Positions 25,101 through 38,373 are shown, counted from the first letter of the whole stretch. The stretch: 63,996 bases of DNA, filler included, from Basidiobolus ranarum (GCA_040143965.1; 7 parts of 7 records of this genome joined end to end with filler, not necessarily neighbours in it); one strand, 5' to 3'. Numbers and translations are program-made. Notes: generated from the letters alone by a model not told the origin.

Positions 25101-27784
25101 ACACTCAAGTTTTCAGGGATTTCGCCAAAATCTCTGACAGTCCCATATCACCACTATACATGATTTGTTATGCTGATTTTATGAGATACACTCATTCACT
25201 CACTGTTGAATCACTCAATCTCACTTTAGTGTAGGTTGTGGAGCTGTCTGAATACATGCATGAGTATAAAAACCAGTATCTTACTATGATGGAGAAAGCT
25301 TCAGCTTCAACAACTGGCCAACCAAATATTTGTTTCCACCTACTATCTACAGCTGGTCTACTTTGAATGGAACTAATTGGCAAGAGTGTGTACAGTGATA
25401 CAATAGGCTGCATATCTGCCTAATTGTAATCATATGAAGAAAATTAAATACAAATAAAGATATTATGTGATTTGAGAGCGTCAATGACTATATATATATA
25501 TATATATTCTTTCTAACTAAGTTTGTCTCATATTTCATACAGGAATAAAGATCTTGTAAATGAAATATACACGGTGACTAACTGTATGTATACAACATTC
25601 ATTGTGCATGCACTTTAACTCTCAACTTAGTTCTTGGTAACCATAGTTATAGCCCCTTTATAAGTAGAGAAGTATGGACCTCTGTCAGCTGCTTGCTTGC
25701 ACTTGTAGGGTAAAACAATTTTACTTCTGCTTTCATTCAAAGCACAAAATTGTTGACAATTTCCAAAGCAATAGGGTCATCTGCTTTAACCTTTATGAGG
25801 ATCTCTTTGATATATATATAATACATGCTAAGAATTTACCTAACTTTTGATGTTTCAGTGAATCAATTTTACTTATGCTCAGCAGCATATCTGAATATCC
25901 AAGTGCCTAACTGTAACATTTAAGCAAAAATGTCACCTCGTTTGGACCAAATCTGCATATTCTACTCACCAAGGTAATGTTTTTTCCATTTGAAAATATC
26001 AAATCCCGCATGCGAATACTCTAGAAGAAAAAAGAAACATTCTCACTATGCTTTTATTTCCTATCAATTTATATAGAAAGTAAATGGCCTACATGCATAA
26101 TCATTAGTACATCCAACATTTAACTGAGGATAATCGAAACGCTGATGGTAGAATATAATCAATTGTATCTCCAATACGTCACATGTCAGTCGCACTCACT
26201 AACCAGATATAGAAATCAGGAATTTTGTAGGTGGGACTATCCAAGTATCATCAAAGTAGGTTGACCAATAGCAAAGTAAGCAAGAAGTCCGCGGATCTAT
26301 TGCTATTCTCGGCTTAAATTGATTGTGCATGTACCATGCTCCAGGTTTGGAATAGTGATATAAAATTTGAAGATCAAGTGTTTGTGGACGATTCAGCAGT
26401 TATGTTAATGGAGGTGGTAGAGTTACATATAACACTAAAGATGAATTAACAGAAAAGGAGCTAGACAGTGTCGCTTTGGAGGTGGAAGTGCGATATAGTG
26501 GGAATAAATTAGAAAAGAATCATTCTAATGACGAAGAGTTGGCCCCTGAATTGCATCAACGATTTTGTGATGAGTTTTGACGTTGGGAAGAATGGCATTG
26601 GCGGAAATGCCACCAGAAAACCCTATATACTAGCACATTCAAGCTGGATCTGGATCAGTGTGGCATGAAATCCACTTAATGCTAATGTTATCATGAATTA
26701 TTATCCTTCGGCTGAATTTACCTGATTGCATGCCTGCTGCTTACTAGTGGTAATACTTGTGGTAATTTTGATTCCTAGAGTTTAGTATTAGCAAAATAGT
26801 GACCTTAAATTGGTGTCAGAAATGCCTATTAACCAGTTATTATTACTAATTGGTAAATGCTAATCGTTTATTTCTTAAATTCAACATCTGTATCATGATT
26901 TCCTTTGCAAGTATTGATTGTGGGTGAGAATTTGTTACCTGATAGACAATGTATCTTAAATGTTCGCCACTTGTTGATGGTAATGCAGGCAATTGAGCTA
27001 CCTCAAAACGCTATATAAGCTGTCGGGTGATTGTTGAAATTCTATCCTTACTTTTGGTCGCCTACTCTGTACTGGTGAGAATGGTCACCATCGCAAGCTA
27101 GATGATACCATGTATCGCATTGACGTTATTGTTACTTTTAATCGTGCCAACAACTACGGTAATATTGTTGGCGGCGAGATTGAAACGGGCCTTACTTGGA
27201 TTAGGGATGGCTACCGTCAGAACAATGATGACGCGAAGGGTGGGATTGTGCAAACGCAGAATTATATCATCAGTAAAGATCCCAATGCTAATTAGGAAAT
27301 ATTGATGATTTGGTTGCAAATATAACAATAAATATACTTGTACAATCGAGAGAGTGTAAAATCTTACTCTGTCTGTTTATAAATTGTCAGAGCTGAATAA
27401 TACCTTGAGAACTAAATTGTTTTCCTTTGTCAGTTCGTGTGACCACCACCATCAAACCGGAGTGGAGATGGAATATCAGTCAATATTATCTTGTCAGTAA
27501 CAACCAAGTGACCAATTGAGCGATAGCCGCAGTAGGATACCTGGGGTAAGGGTGAGGAAATTCATGCAGCGATATAAGCAATTACCAGTCCCAAGCTAGA
27601 GATTAGATATGGATCACGTGCATCTTATGGCCTAAGAAAACCACACTGGAGATCTCTCAGATGGCTTGTTAGCGCCATCGTGTTGCTGCGGCTAAAGATG
27701 AGATTGCTAACTTTAAATCAAACTATTTGTATAAATACCAAGAGTCATTGTACCTCGACCATAATCAACAACTCCTTTTTTCAC

Positions 27785-27893
27785 TTAGGGGGGATGATAA
27801 ACACCAGAAGGTGTAATATTTATTTATCAATTTAAACAAAGTCAATAAATAAATAAGCCAAGTTAGAATATAATATTCAAAGATAAAGTCAAG
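27785..27893. mobile_element. Transposable element terminus shared with 8689
   Basis: TTAGGGGGGATGATAAACACCAGAAGGTGT versus TTAGGGGGGGATGAAAAGCACCATATGGTGT, followed in both by TAAACAAAGT. Confidence 0.5.
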
Positions 27894-27993
27894 NNNNNNN
27901 NNNNNNNNNNNNNNNNNNNNNNNNNNNNNNNNNNNNNTTAATTAATTAANNNNNNNNNNNNNNNNNNNNNNNNNNNNNNNNNNNNNNNNNNNN

Positions 27994-28620
27994 TCTAAAA
28001 ATAATGAATCAAACAATCTTGATCATTACCTTCATACTGCAGATTAATCCATCATCAAGTGCTGTTCTTTGTCACCAGTGTGCCAAAACTACTGGTTTTT
28101 CATATTGCAGGTGCCATTGGCCCCAATGGAAGATCAGGATATTGGGAGAGTGAGAGACAAATGATCAGCCTAAAAACATGTGAATGTCTTGGTTTTACAT
28201 TTGATTGGGTATGTTACAGGATAAACTATTATTGTTAAACATTCAATTATTGGTAAGTTACAAACTAGGGGATGAACTTGCTTTGTCAGTTGCCCAAAAT
28301 AATAATTTTGCAATACTAAATTAGGTAACTTGATACAGGCTGTCACTATATCTCCAAAAAAATCATTATATCCAATTGTGGTGGGACAGTGCCATATTGT
28401 TCCTTATACTGTCCAATCAAGTGTTATAAGATCTAGCTATGGTAATCGATAGATTTACACCAGATGATGTTCCAGCAGGCTGGATTGAGTGGCACAATCT
28501 GACCTGATCCAATGGAACAAGTCTAATAAGAGTAGATTTTTGGCTGTATTAGGTACCTAGAGTATGTCATCCAATTTTGCAGATTATGTACCCAAATATT
28601 GGTCTAAATTGAACACATTT
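27994..28620 (-). mobile_element. Decayed non-LTR (L1-like?) retroelement fragment, paralogous to ~30600-31070
   Basis: Colinear DNA similarity (shared TACTAAATTAGGTAACTT and TGTCTTG blocks, and CAGGCTGGATTG). Shared minus-frame remnant SHS.....F...QW.L.YE..VVL. CpG-poor. Confidence 0.45.
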
Positions 28621-28621
28621 A

Positions 28622-29440
28622 GGCTGTTACCAACTGCAACTAATGCAAAGTCATAACCTAGGTGATTTCCTTGTTTGGATGGGTTTCAAGCTGGAAAATT
28701 AATCTTTTCTATTTGACATATGCTGGAGAGCTCCCCTGTATCCATGTAACAAACTTTTGTGCCTTTGTTAGTGATTACGGACTAGGCAGACACAGGTAGA
28801 TGATCTCCATCAACACCCACTTCATTTGCTTGTACCAATTTTAGCTTTTGGGCAAAAAAATTTTTATCTCCAATCTTTGATTAAATGGCCTAGTTTCTTA
28901 CAATAATTGCAGGTGATGAATTTCCTATCAGGTGCATCATTATTGAAGCCTGTTAGCTATTTGACAGCTCCAAAAAATGCCTGATCTTCATTTTTGCTGA
29001 GAATTAAGCCACATTAATTCTTTATACAGATGTCTAGCACCAAATTTGCAATGGCTCTAATTTTTATTCAAGGGTAAGCATGAGGGTCCCAAACTTGTGT
29101 TGCAAGCTACAAAGTAGTGTCATGATCAGGACTTCTTCATTCAGAGGTCTTTCAAAGGATTGAAGCTAATTTGACATATTTATGGTCCATTTTATATGAT
29201 TTGCCACAGAATCATCTGAATTTGTCTCAATGACTATCAATTTCATCTAAGATATGGCCTATTAGCTAGACCTTTAGTAATAAACAGTTCCTTGAGTGTT
29301 TCCTAAGCAGTTTGGATGTTTAGGCTAAGCTCTTGTGCCTCAATTAAGAGTCCCTGCAATGCTGACAAAGTGTAGCAAGAGCTTTCCTCTGCCACTTGTG
29401 ATAGGCAAGGATTGCTGATGGTAAAGGCTTTGAACTTCAG
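28622..29440 (-). mobile_element. Degenerate Ty1/copia gag-protease fragment, same family as 33341-37212
   Basis: Minus-strand translation PLNEEVLIMTLLCSLQHKFGTL, CNYCKKLGHLIKD, QANEV..DGDHL and QHMSNRKD aligns with the plus-strand gag/PR at 33870-34680. Confidence 0.85.
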
Positions 29441-30439
29441 AGCTGCTGTCACTTGCACTGATGATGAATGGGAAACTATATGGAAACTGTCTAAAATCTT
29501 ATGCAAAATCATCTTCATTTGAGCCCATTGTGGAAAAGCAAATAGACTAGGCATTAATCAGAAGATTCTGGACTTATTTCAAATGGCTTAGCCTGTGTTT
29601 TTGCAAGCAAACTGCAATTGGGCTAGAATAGGTATATTCATGAAAAAGCTCAAAAGTGGGGTGTAGTAACTAACTTGGAAAAAAAGAAAAGCAGCCAAAG
29701 CGGTACTCAGGGAGCAAGAAGTTGTTAAGCCTAAGGAGAGGTGAAAATCCAGACTATTACACAGACATACAGTATCTCTCAAAATTGAAAAAGCACCTGA
29801 GAAGGTATCCTTTTCAAACATCAATTCCAACAACTCATCACTAGATTTGGGGTCAATGTTTCTACCAGGGCAAGAGCACAGCAAATTGGTTCATTAGCTA
29901 GTAATACCCATTGATGGCAACACCAGCCTGGTGCAGTCTATGATATTTCTGCTGGTTTTAGCCCTAAAGCTACAGTCTCAACTGGTTGAAGAAAATGAAG
30001 CTTTCACCATGGCTTAAGAAACAACTGCTTTCAAACACAAATCTCAAGAAAAATGTTCTGGGTTAGCATATCAAACTGTCACTAGTAGCAATGGCTAGTT
30101 GACCCAATCAGTAAAGGCTACAAATCTGAAGAAGAGCCTCCTGATATAAACTAACCATAAAGTGGATCAGAAAAAGCAAAGCACACCATAGTGAATTTAT
30201 CTCTGCCACACCTGATATTGGCCAATGTGGAGGAACTTCAGCAGAAGCAGATTAACCTACCCAGTGCAGAGATTCAAGCGAGGTTCATTCCATGAAAAAA
30301 TCTAGAAGACAAAAGAAAAGGAACCAATTTAACATGTACCACAACAAGCATTTATGGCTGCAGAATATATCTGTTTCTATTTATATTATTAACAAAAGCA
30401 ACAATTTTAACAATTCAAGCATCTTTATTACAAATATAT

Positions 30440-32480
30440 GATATAGTTCAATACTACCTATTGGATCAAGTTAGCTCAATCCATTCATATTTTCACACAA
30501 TTATAATATTGGAAATATGATTGAATCATGTGCTGAGCTGAAAATTAGGCCTAAAGCAATCCTGATCAAGACTATCCATTACAGCTTGCCATGATTTGCC
30601 ATCAGTAGGTCAAGACTACTGCTACTTCATAATCCAGGAACCATTGGGCCAAGTTGAAGACTGGGATATCATTGGAGTGAGAGAAAACTAATTAGCCCAT
30701 AAACCCACAAATGTCTTGCTTCTATATTTGATTTGATAAGCTATAGTACAAACTGTTTAGTGTTACATGTTCACAGATTGGTGGTTACAAGTGGGGATAG
30801 AATGGCACTGTCAGCAACCAAAAACCTTATTTAGGAGTACTAAATTAGGTAACTTTATGCAAGCAGATAAATTATTTTGAAAAGGATCATTGGGTCCAAT
30901 AGTGGTGGCATAATGTTTTACTGCTCCCAGCCATGATTGATAGTGTATTGTAAGACTTGGCAAATCCATCAAATAGTAATTGACAGGTTGACCCAGATAG
31001 TGTTTTAGCAGGCTGGATTGGGTTACATGATTTGACCCAGTCTAATGGCATCAGGTTATTGTACTACCATTAATATAAGGTATCCTTGCTGTATGTACAT
31101 AAGCCAAATATTTTTATGCTATAGACAGTATCATACTTTCATAAAGATATGGAGTTTAAAACAAGCATTACAAGAGTTATGTTAAGCTACAGTAGAAGAG
31201 GTACTTACCATGATCCATTGTAAAATTTTGGTCAGAAAAATCTGTGGCAATTTGTATGAAGTTGGTCTAAATTGAAGTACAGGGTGTATGAAACTTTTCT
31301 AATCTCATTTTGTAAATCCCATTGTGATCCTGTCTAGGTCATCCAAAGTTAATTTTGGGTCAGGTAACTCATGAATATAACAAAAATATTTTGTTTTTCC
31401 ATGGGGAATATTTTAATCAGCTTTGCTATCAAAGAAGCTTTACAAGCCTTAATCTTGGATTTTGTATGTGTTTATGCACAGGATTTAATAGTCTTTTGAT
31501 TGATACCAAAAGTAATGTTACAGGAGACATATTAACATATATTCATTTTCACTTGTCATATATATACCTGAGACTTTATCTTGTTAAGCCTCTAAAAGTT
31601 TAATAGTCAGCTTCAAGATTGTTGGTTCACAGATGTGTAAAACATTGAGTTCTTGCCACATCAGCATCATCATTCCCACAATAGTGGGTGTCAAGTATAG
31701 AACAAATTAATCTTTATACATCCCAACTAGTGCACAATTGTAAAATAATAGTATATCTTAAGATATTGATGCTTTTCCTCTTAATATAGGCTACAACACA
31801 GCTTCTAATACAAAAAACATATTGGAACATGTTCATTGTGTAAAATCAAGGTGATACCTTCTTCATCTTAGAATACTATTGCCGCAGTATTTAGCCAGAG
31901 CATCACTTTTCATACCTGAATACATAGGTGGCACATCATTATTAGGGTAATATCCATTTATTACCACTCCATTACAGTGGAACTTTCATCAGCAATAATA
32001 TAAATGATAAAAGTTGCGGCTGGGAAGACCAGACCACATTCAAGATACCAGAGTGGAAGTCTCTGACTACCTGGATTTATTTGCATGCTCAGCAGACCAG
32101 GTAAATGGTACCTGGTCAATCAAAGAAAAAGAAGAGCTGACTGCTGTACCATATCCAGGACCTATTGAAAGTGGCATATATGCATTGTTTGTAACAAGAC
32201 CTGATATTTGGATTAGGAAAGTAAAATATGTATGGCAAAACCACAGAAAAAAAAATCATTTTTAGTTTATGAGGTAATTTTTGACTCACCATGAAAAGCA
32301 TTTGAACCTTTTGTATAAGTACCAACAATCACCACTTAAGACATGTTTAGAATGTTAGTCAGAGTGAAACAAGGAATATTTGGGGCAACTTAGATGAGTT
32401 TCAACTTTTTAGTAAGACTTTCCAGTTCTAGGTCAATATATATCTAATAAATATAGATTATCCAATTTGCAGCAATGCAA
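30440..32480 (-). mobile_element. Highly decayed non-LTR retroelement remnant
   Basis: Paralogous to 27994-28620. CpG-poor, many stops, only faint RT-like remnants. Class and boundaries are uncertain. Confidence 0.35.
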
Positions 32481-32549
32481 CATATGACTAAATAATGTTA
32501 GCTACTTTAAGTTCATAATATAAAAGCTTAGGCTTAAAACCATAGGGAG

Positions 32550-32902
32550 TGCTGAAACTGAGTAAATAGCAAATCATTATTTAGTAGCTAGTTGATTCAT
32601 ATGCTGATGATTTAGCATTCAATTCAGCCATTGAAAAACATGTGTTTATTGCTCCAATAGATTGAAATATCAATTAGATCACTTTCACCAATTTTCACTA
32701 TTTTCTCACACCTGCTCCAAATAATCTCAAATTTTCACCCATGGTTAACAGGCATGTTTGTTATGATCTAAGCATGTCCAATAGTCCTATTTTACAGTAA
32801 ACTATAAATAGGACATATTCAATTCAGTAAAACATAAGTGTCTAATTCACAAATCCAAATCTTGTCCAAAAACACCTGCAAATCCCCTAAACACTGTTAT
32901 CA
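32550..32902 (+). repeat. LTR 1 of the copia family (TG...CA), followed by PBS GGTTGTGAGCCC at 32903-32914
   Basis: Starts with TG, ends with CA, is colinear with 33341-33685 and contains TATAAAT. Confidence 0.85.
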
Positions 32903-33340
32903 GGTTGTGAGCCCCAAGCCAGCTAATATAGGAGTGTTAACCAGTACTATTACCAACATTTTTGCATCCACAGCAAAGTTTAATAGTGTAGACTTTCACT
33001 TTCAAAGTTCATTATGCAAATGGTGCTAGATTACAAGAACTTTTGAGGATTTGATACAGGAGAAGAAATAGAGCCAAAGGGACCACCAGAAGCTATCCTT
33101 TCCTGTAACAAGATGCAGAGGAAATCACTATCTACACTTTGTCTACATCTCACAGATTCTCAATTGAGTCACATACACTCAGCCAAAAACATCCAAACTG
33201 CTTGGGAAACACTTGATAGACCATAAGAGATTAAAGGTCTGGCTAATAGGGTAGATCTTAGGTAAAAATATTCTCAATTGAGATGTATTCTGATGATTTT
33301 ATGGCTAAACACCAAAATCCAATAGAAGCTATGGCAGAGC
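32550..33340 (+). mobile_element. Older Ty1/copia copy (LTR-PBS-5' gag), interrupted at 33340/33341 by a second copy
   Basis: The gag remnant (KF....FKVHYA, TGEEIEPKG, STLCLHLTDSQLSHIHSAK) parallels 33720-34090 and breaks exactly where LTR 2 starts. Confidence 0.8.
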
Positions 33341-33685
33341 TGTGGAAATTAGATAAATAGCAACTCATTATTTGGTAGTTAATTTATTCAAATTATTTAG
33401 AACTCAATTCAGACATTCAAAAACATGTGTTTGTTGCTATAATTGATAGCAATATCAATTAGTACACTTTTACCAGTTTTCACTTTTTTCTCAAATCTTT
33501 TTCAAATCACCTCAAATTTCACCCATTTTTAACAGGCATGATCCTTCTGCTCTGAGCATTTCCAATAGTTCTATTTCATAATAAACTATAAATTCAACAT
33601 ATTCAATACAATAAAATTCAAGTGCCTAAGTCATGAATCCAAATCTTACCCAAAACACTTCCAAATTCCCTAACCACTTTTATCA
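33341..33685 (+). repeat. 5' LTR 2 (TG...CA, 345 bp), followed by PBS GGTTATGAGCTCC at 33686-33698
   Basis: TG start, CA end, homology to LTR 1, PBS immediately adjacent. Confidence 0.88.
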
Positions 33686-36600
33686 GGTTATGAGCTCCAA
33701 ACTAGCTGTTATAGGAATGTCTACCAGTCCTATTACCAACATTTTTGCTTCCACAGAGAAGTTTGATGGTGAAGACCTTCCCCTTTCAAAGTTCAAGATG
33801 CAAATCTTGCTAAAAGACAAGGACCTTGGGGGATTTGTTACAGGAGAGGAAACAGAGCTGAAGGGATTACCAGAAGTTATCCTTGCCTTTCACAAAAGGC
33901 AGAGGCAAGCACTCTCCACACTTTGTCTCCATCTCAGAGACTGTCAATTGAGACACATATAATCAGCCAAAAATGTCCAAAATGCTTGGGAAACACTGGA
34001 GGGACTATACAAGCCTAAACATCTAGCTAATAGGCTATAGCTCGGGCAAAAATTATTTTCAGTCCAGATGAATTCTGATGAGTCTATGCTTATTTGTATA
34101 TTTCAGATAAAACTGTGGCAGATCACCTCTCATCAATTGGAGCACCTCTGAATGAAGATGACTTAGTCATGACACTACTTAGGAGCCTGCCAGAAAAATT
34201 TGGGAACCTAATAATTGCACTAGAATCAAGATCAGAGCCATTAACAACCAAATTTGTTGGTGCCAGGCTTTTGAATAAGGATTTAAGGAGAATTAATTTT
34301 CAGCAAAATAATGCAGAACAGGCATTTTTCAGAGTAAAAAAACATCCAACAGGCTTCAACAATAGTGCCACTAATAGGAAATCAGTCATCTGCACGTATT
34401 GCAAGAAATCAAGCCATATAATCAAAGATTGCAGAAAAAGGTTTGTTGCAAAAAAGCTAAAATCAGAACAAGCAAATCAAGTGAGCACTTATAGGGACCA
34501 TCTATTTGTGTCTGCCCTATCATCAAGCACTAAAGAAGACTCATAAACATGGTACAATGAGTCAGGAGCTTCCCAGCATATGTCAAACAAGGAAGATTTG
34601 TGTTCCAGCTCAAAACCCATCCAAACAAGGAAAGTCTACCTAGGTGATGACTATGCACTAGATGCAGTTGGTAAGGGCACAGTTGTGCCAAATTTAGAGT
34701 AGAAGATACCTACACCATCTGCAAAATTTGACAAATGCACTCTAAATACTAAATATAGCTAAAAATCTACTCTCAGTAAGCCTAGCAACAACTTGAGGAC
34801 TAAACTCTATGTTCAGCAAAGCTGAATGCACTATCACAGATCAGAATAATACCAAATTAGCTACTGGGATTAAAACTCAACATTATAAAAGCAAGAAATC
34901 AACAAATTGCGTAAAAGCCAGAAACCAGCAAATTGCACTCTGGGCATGCAAACTTGGCCAAAACTGGTGAAATAAGCTGTCAAACATGGCATAGAAAATT
35001 AGGCCACATCAGGGAACAAATACTGGCCCAAATAATCTGAAATTAGCTTTATCAGGCTTAGAAATTGAAAATATCATGCAATTGGATCTGTGTGAAGGTT
35101 GCATATATGGGAAAACATCACGGACAGCCATTTTCAAGTTCTGGAGAGATCAAATCCACTCAGCATTTGCTATGACTCATTCTCACCTAGGTGGGCCCAT
35201 GAAAAAAGTCTGACTAGGAGGGAACAGGGTACTCTATGACCTTTGTTGATGACAAAATAAGATATATTTAGGTATTACTTCTCAAATCAAAATCTGAAGC
35301 CTCCGCTTCATTCAAGCATTACACAACAATGGTGGCAAAAGGATCAGCACAAAAAATAAGGGTACCAAGGAGTGATAATGGTGGAAAATACTGCTTTTAA
35401 GACTTACTAGTTTTTGTTCTAAACATTGAATTAAGCAACAAACTATTGTACCTGATACTCCATTGCAAATTAGAGTGGCAGAACATGCTAATAGGACCAT
35501 GGTAGAGATGGCAAGATCAATGTTACTTGATTAAAGTTAGATTACCAATATTGGGTTGAATCTCTCTCTATGGCAGTCTATACTGAAAACAGATGCCCAA
35601 CAAAATTGTTACATAGTTTTACTCCATTTGAAGCCCTATACGGATCAAAGCCAAGTGCGGATCTTCTCAGGATCTTTGGTTGAACAGCATATTGACCAAT
35701 TCCGGTTCAAAAAGCTATAAATTGTATCCCAAAAGCAGAAAATGCACATTTCTTGGTTACTGTGATGGATCTAAAGGCTATAGACTTTTTGATTACAAAT
35801 TTCAGAAGTTAACTAGGTGCAGATGTGTGATTTTTGATGTAAGAGCAAGAGTTTCACCTCATATCACAGTTCTTGATCCAGCTAATGCAATTAGCACATT
35901 TCACAAAGTGTCTGACAAAATTGCAGCTCTATCTGAGCCCTATTCAACTAAAGCTCCAGTCCCAATTACATTAGCAAACACTTCAGGACCCAGCAGATTA
36001 ACCAGAAGGCAAAATAAGCCAGGAAACTGGTGGAACACCTGTGATGATGAAGTATATGCTAATGCAGCATTCTGTGACAAGCCACAGATTCTAAAGCAAG
36101 TTCTGAAATGTCCAGAATCAAAATTATGGGAAAAAGCAATGTCTGATGAGTTTTCTTCACTTCAGGACAATAAGATATGGGTTTAAGTCCTCCACCATCA
36201 GGGAGAAAGCCAATAGTTTGGAAATGGGGCTACAAAGTCAAAAACCAAGCTGATGGAACCATGGAAAGGTACAAAGCAAGATTAGTTACAAAAGGTTATT
36301 CCCAGACACTAGGAGTTGATGTGAATGCAAAGTGTGCTCCAGTAGCCAAGTTTAGCTCTATTAAGTCAATCCTGGCACTCTCAGCCATCCAAAACCTTGA
36401 TTTACATCAAATGGATGTAAAAACAGCCTTTCTGAATGGAAATCTAGAAGTAGAGATCTAAATTGAGCAACTAGATGGGTTTGTTGACCCAAAATGCACT
36501 GATATGGTCTGTAAACTGCAAAAATTGCTATATAGACTCAAGTAAGCACCCAGGGCATGGTACAACAAGTTGGCTACCTACTTGGATTCAATAGAATACC

Positions 36601-37212
36601 ATATATGCACAGCAGATCACAGTATTTATATCAAAACAGTCCGATATAGGATCCTTATCTTGGCAATATATGTGGATGACTTGATCACGGCCACAAATGA
36701 TCTTGAAGCACTGAATCAGACAAAAAGTGCCTTATCAATTCAATTTCACATGACAGATATGGGTGAATTAAATCATTTTGTTGGAATTCAAATCAAGAGA
36801 GATAAGCCCAATGAGAAAATCATGCTGAATCAGTCTAAATACATCCTAGGTATCCTGAAATGCTGCAACATGGGGAATAGCAAGCCTGTATCAACACCAA
36901 TGATCCCAATGTGAAATTAATCAAATATTATCCAATTTGGCCCAGAGTGACTCCATTCAAAGCCAGGAGTTCTCTGATCAATCTGTGGTAGGTAATTTAA
37001 TTTATACAATGGTTGGAACACTTTTAGATATTGCTGTGGCCATGGGAACTGTCAGCCAATAATTCAAAAAAGCAGGATCTGAGCATCAAACTGCAATAAA
37101 ACAAATATTCAGTTATTTGAGAGGAACTGTAGATCTAGTTCTGGAATACTCTGCAACTGCTGATGCATCATATTTTGCAGGCTACAGTGATGCAGACTGG
37201 GGAAGAAATCTT
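33341..37212 (+). mobile_element. Ty1/copia LTR retrotransposon, inactivated by stops and frameshifts; 3' end lost at the linker
   Basis: gag knuckle CTYCKKSSHIIKDC; protease ESGASQHM; integrase WHRKLGH...CEGC; KCTFLGYC..SKGYRL; RT YKARLVTKGYSQ, HQMDVKTAFLNG, YVDDL; RNase H start GYSDADWG. Order PR-IN-RT-RH. Confidence 0.96.
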
Positions 37213-38373
37213 NNNNNNNNNNNNNNNNNNNNNNNNNNNNNNNNNNNNNNNNNNNNTTAATTAATTAANNNNNNNNNNNNNNNNNNNNNNNNNNNNNNNN
37301 NNNNNNNNNNNNAATGGATGCATTTCAAATGCTCTCCGCATATGCTAGCCTGGTTCCGGAATGCTGTTGATCTAGTATCATCTAGCTTACCTCGCGGGTG
37401 CTCTGTTAATCCAGTTCTAACCTAAGCTTGCAGCAGTGAAGGCATGTCTAAAGCCCCACAACAACATGATCAGTTTCTCGGGTAAAGAGCGGACTGATGT
37501 TGGGTTGGATTGGAGTGTTCCGGTGACTCCAAGGATGGCTGGGTACATGCTGGCAGTTGCTACTTCTATGAAAAGTCTTAAATCTACTTATTTAGGAAAT
37601 TAACAACGATGCCAATCTACTACAAACGACCAACTCAGGGAGATGCTTCTTCAATGGGAAAAGTGTACTTCCTACTCAGGCGCGCGGATGGGCCTGCGCA
37701 GTGTACACTACACTTTACCACGAAGCCATTCAATAAACACCTGCCCCATGTGACAACTTCGTTTTCATGGTGTTTCCTATTTTCACACCTGTAAATACGC
37801 TAGTCATGGGGAAATCTCACATCGTGAAGATCTTCATTATTAAGAAATATCAAGCATTACCCATCGGTTGAATGCCTATTTAACTCTTACAGCAGATGAA
37901 TCTCAGAACCAGTGAAATTTCACATGCTCTCTCTGTGTTGATAGTTTATCACTGGAATATTTGCCGACCTCCGAAATACAGTAGGACAAAATGAGATAGT
38001 ATATTTAGATGGATTGCCACTCTACCGCCGATTCATTGTGCCATAGAATCAAAATAATTAGCGTAATGAAAATAAGAAAGTGGCTCGTCAGGATATATGA
38101 ACAGCAGAGATGCAAATTGCTTCATACTCCGAATAGTAGTTGGTAGGATAACGATGTATATGAAGATGGGCTGCACTTAGAAATGTAGGATACAGTACAA
38201 GAACAATCAATGAGGGATCAAAATTTTGAGTGCGAGATGCACATACTTCTATAGACATGAGGGCCAAAGGCTTATTTAGTTAAACATTCGCAATAAACAG
38301 AGATTCCCACTTAAGCAATCCGAACCTTGGGAGGAATAGTGACTACAGTTGGAAATGAAGCGAAGCAGCTTAG

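Noticed and set aside
29780..29840. Minus-strand VVGIDV resembling the RuvC-I motif of Fanzor/TnpB
   Set aside because: Flanked by stops, with no recognisable RuvC-II/III or zinc finger; lies in decayed repeat DNA.
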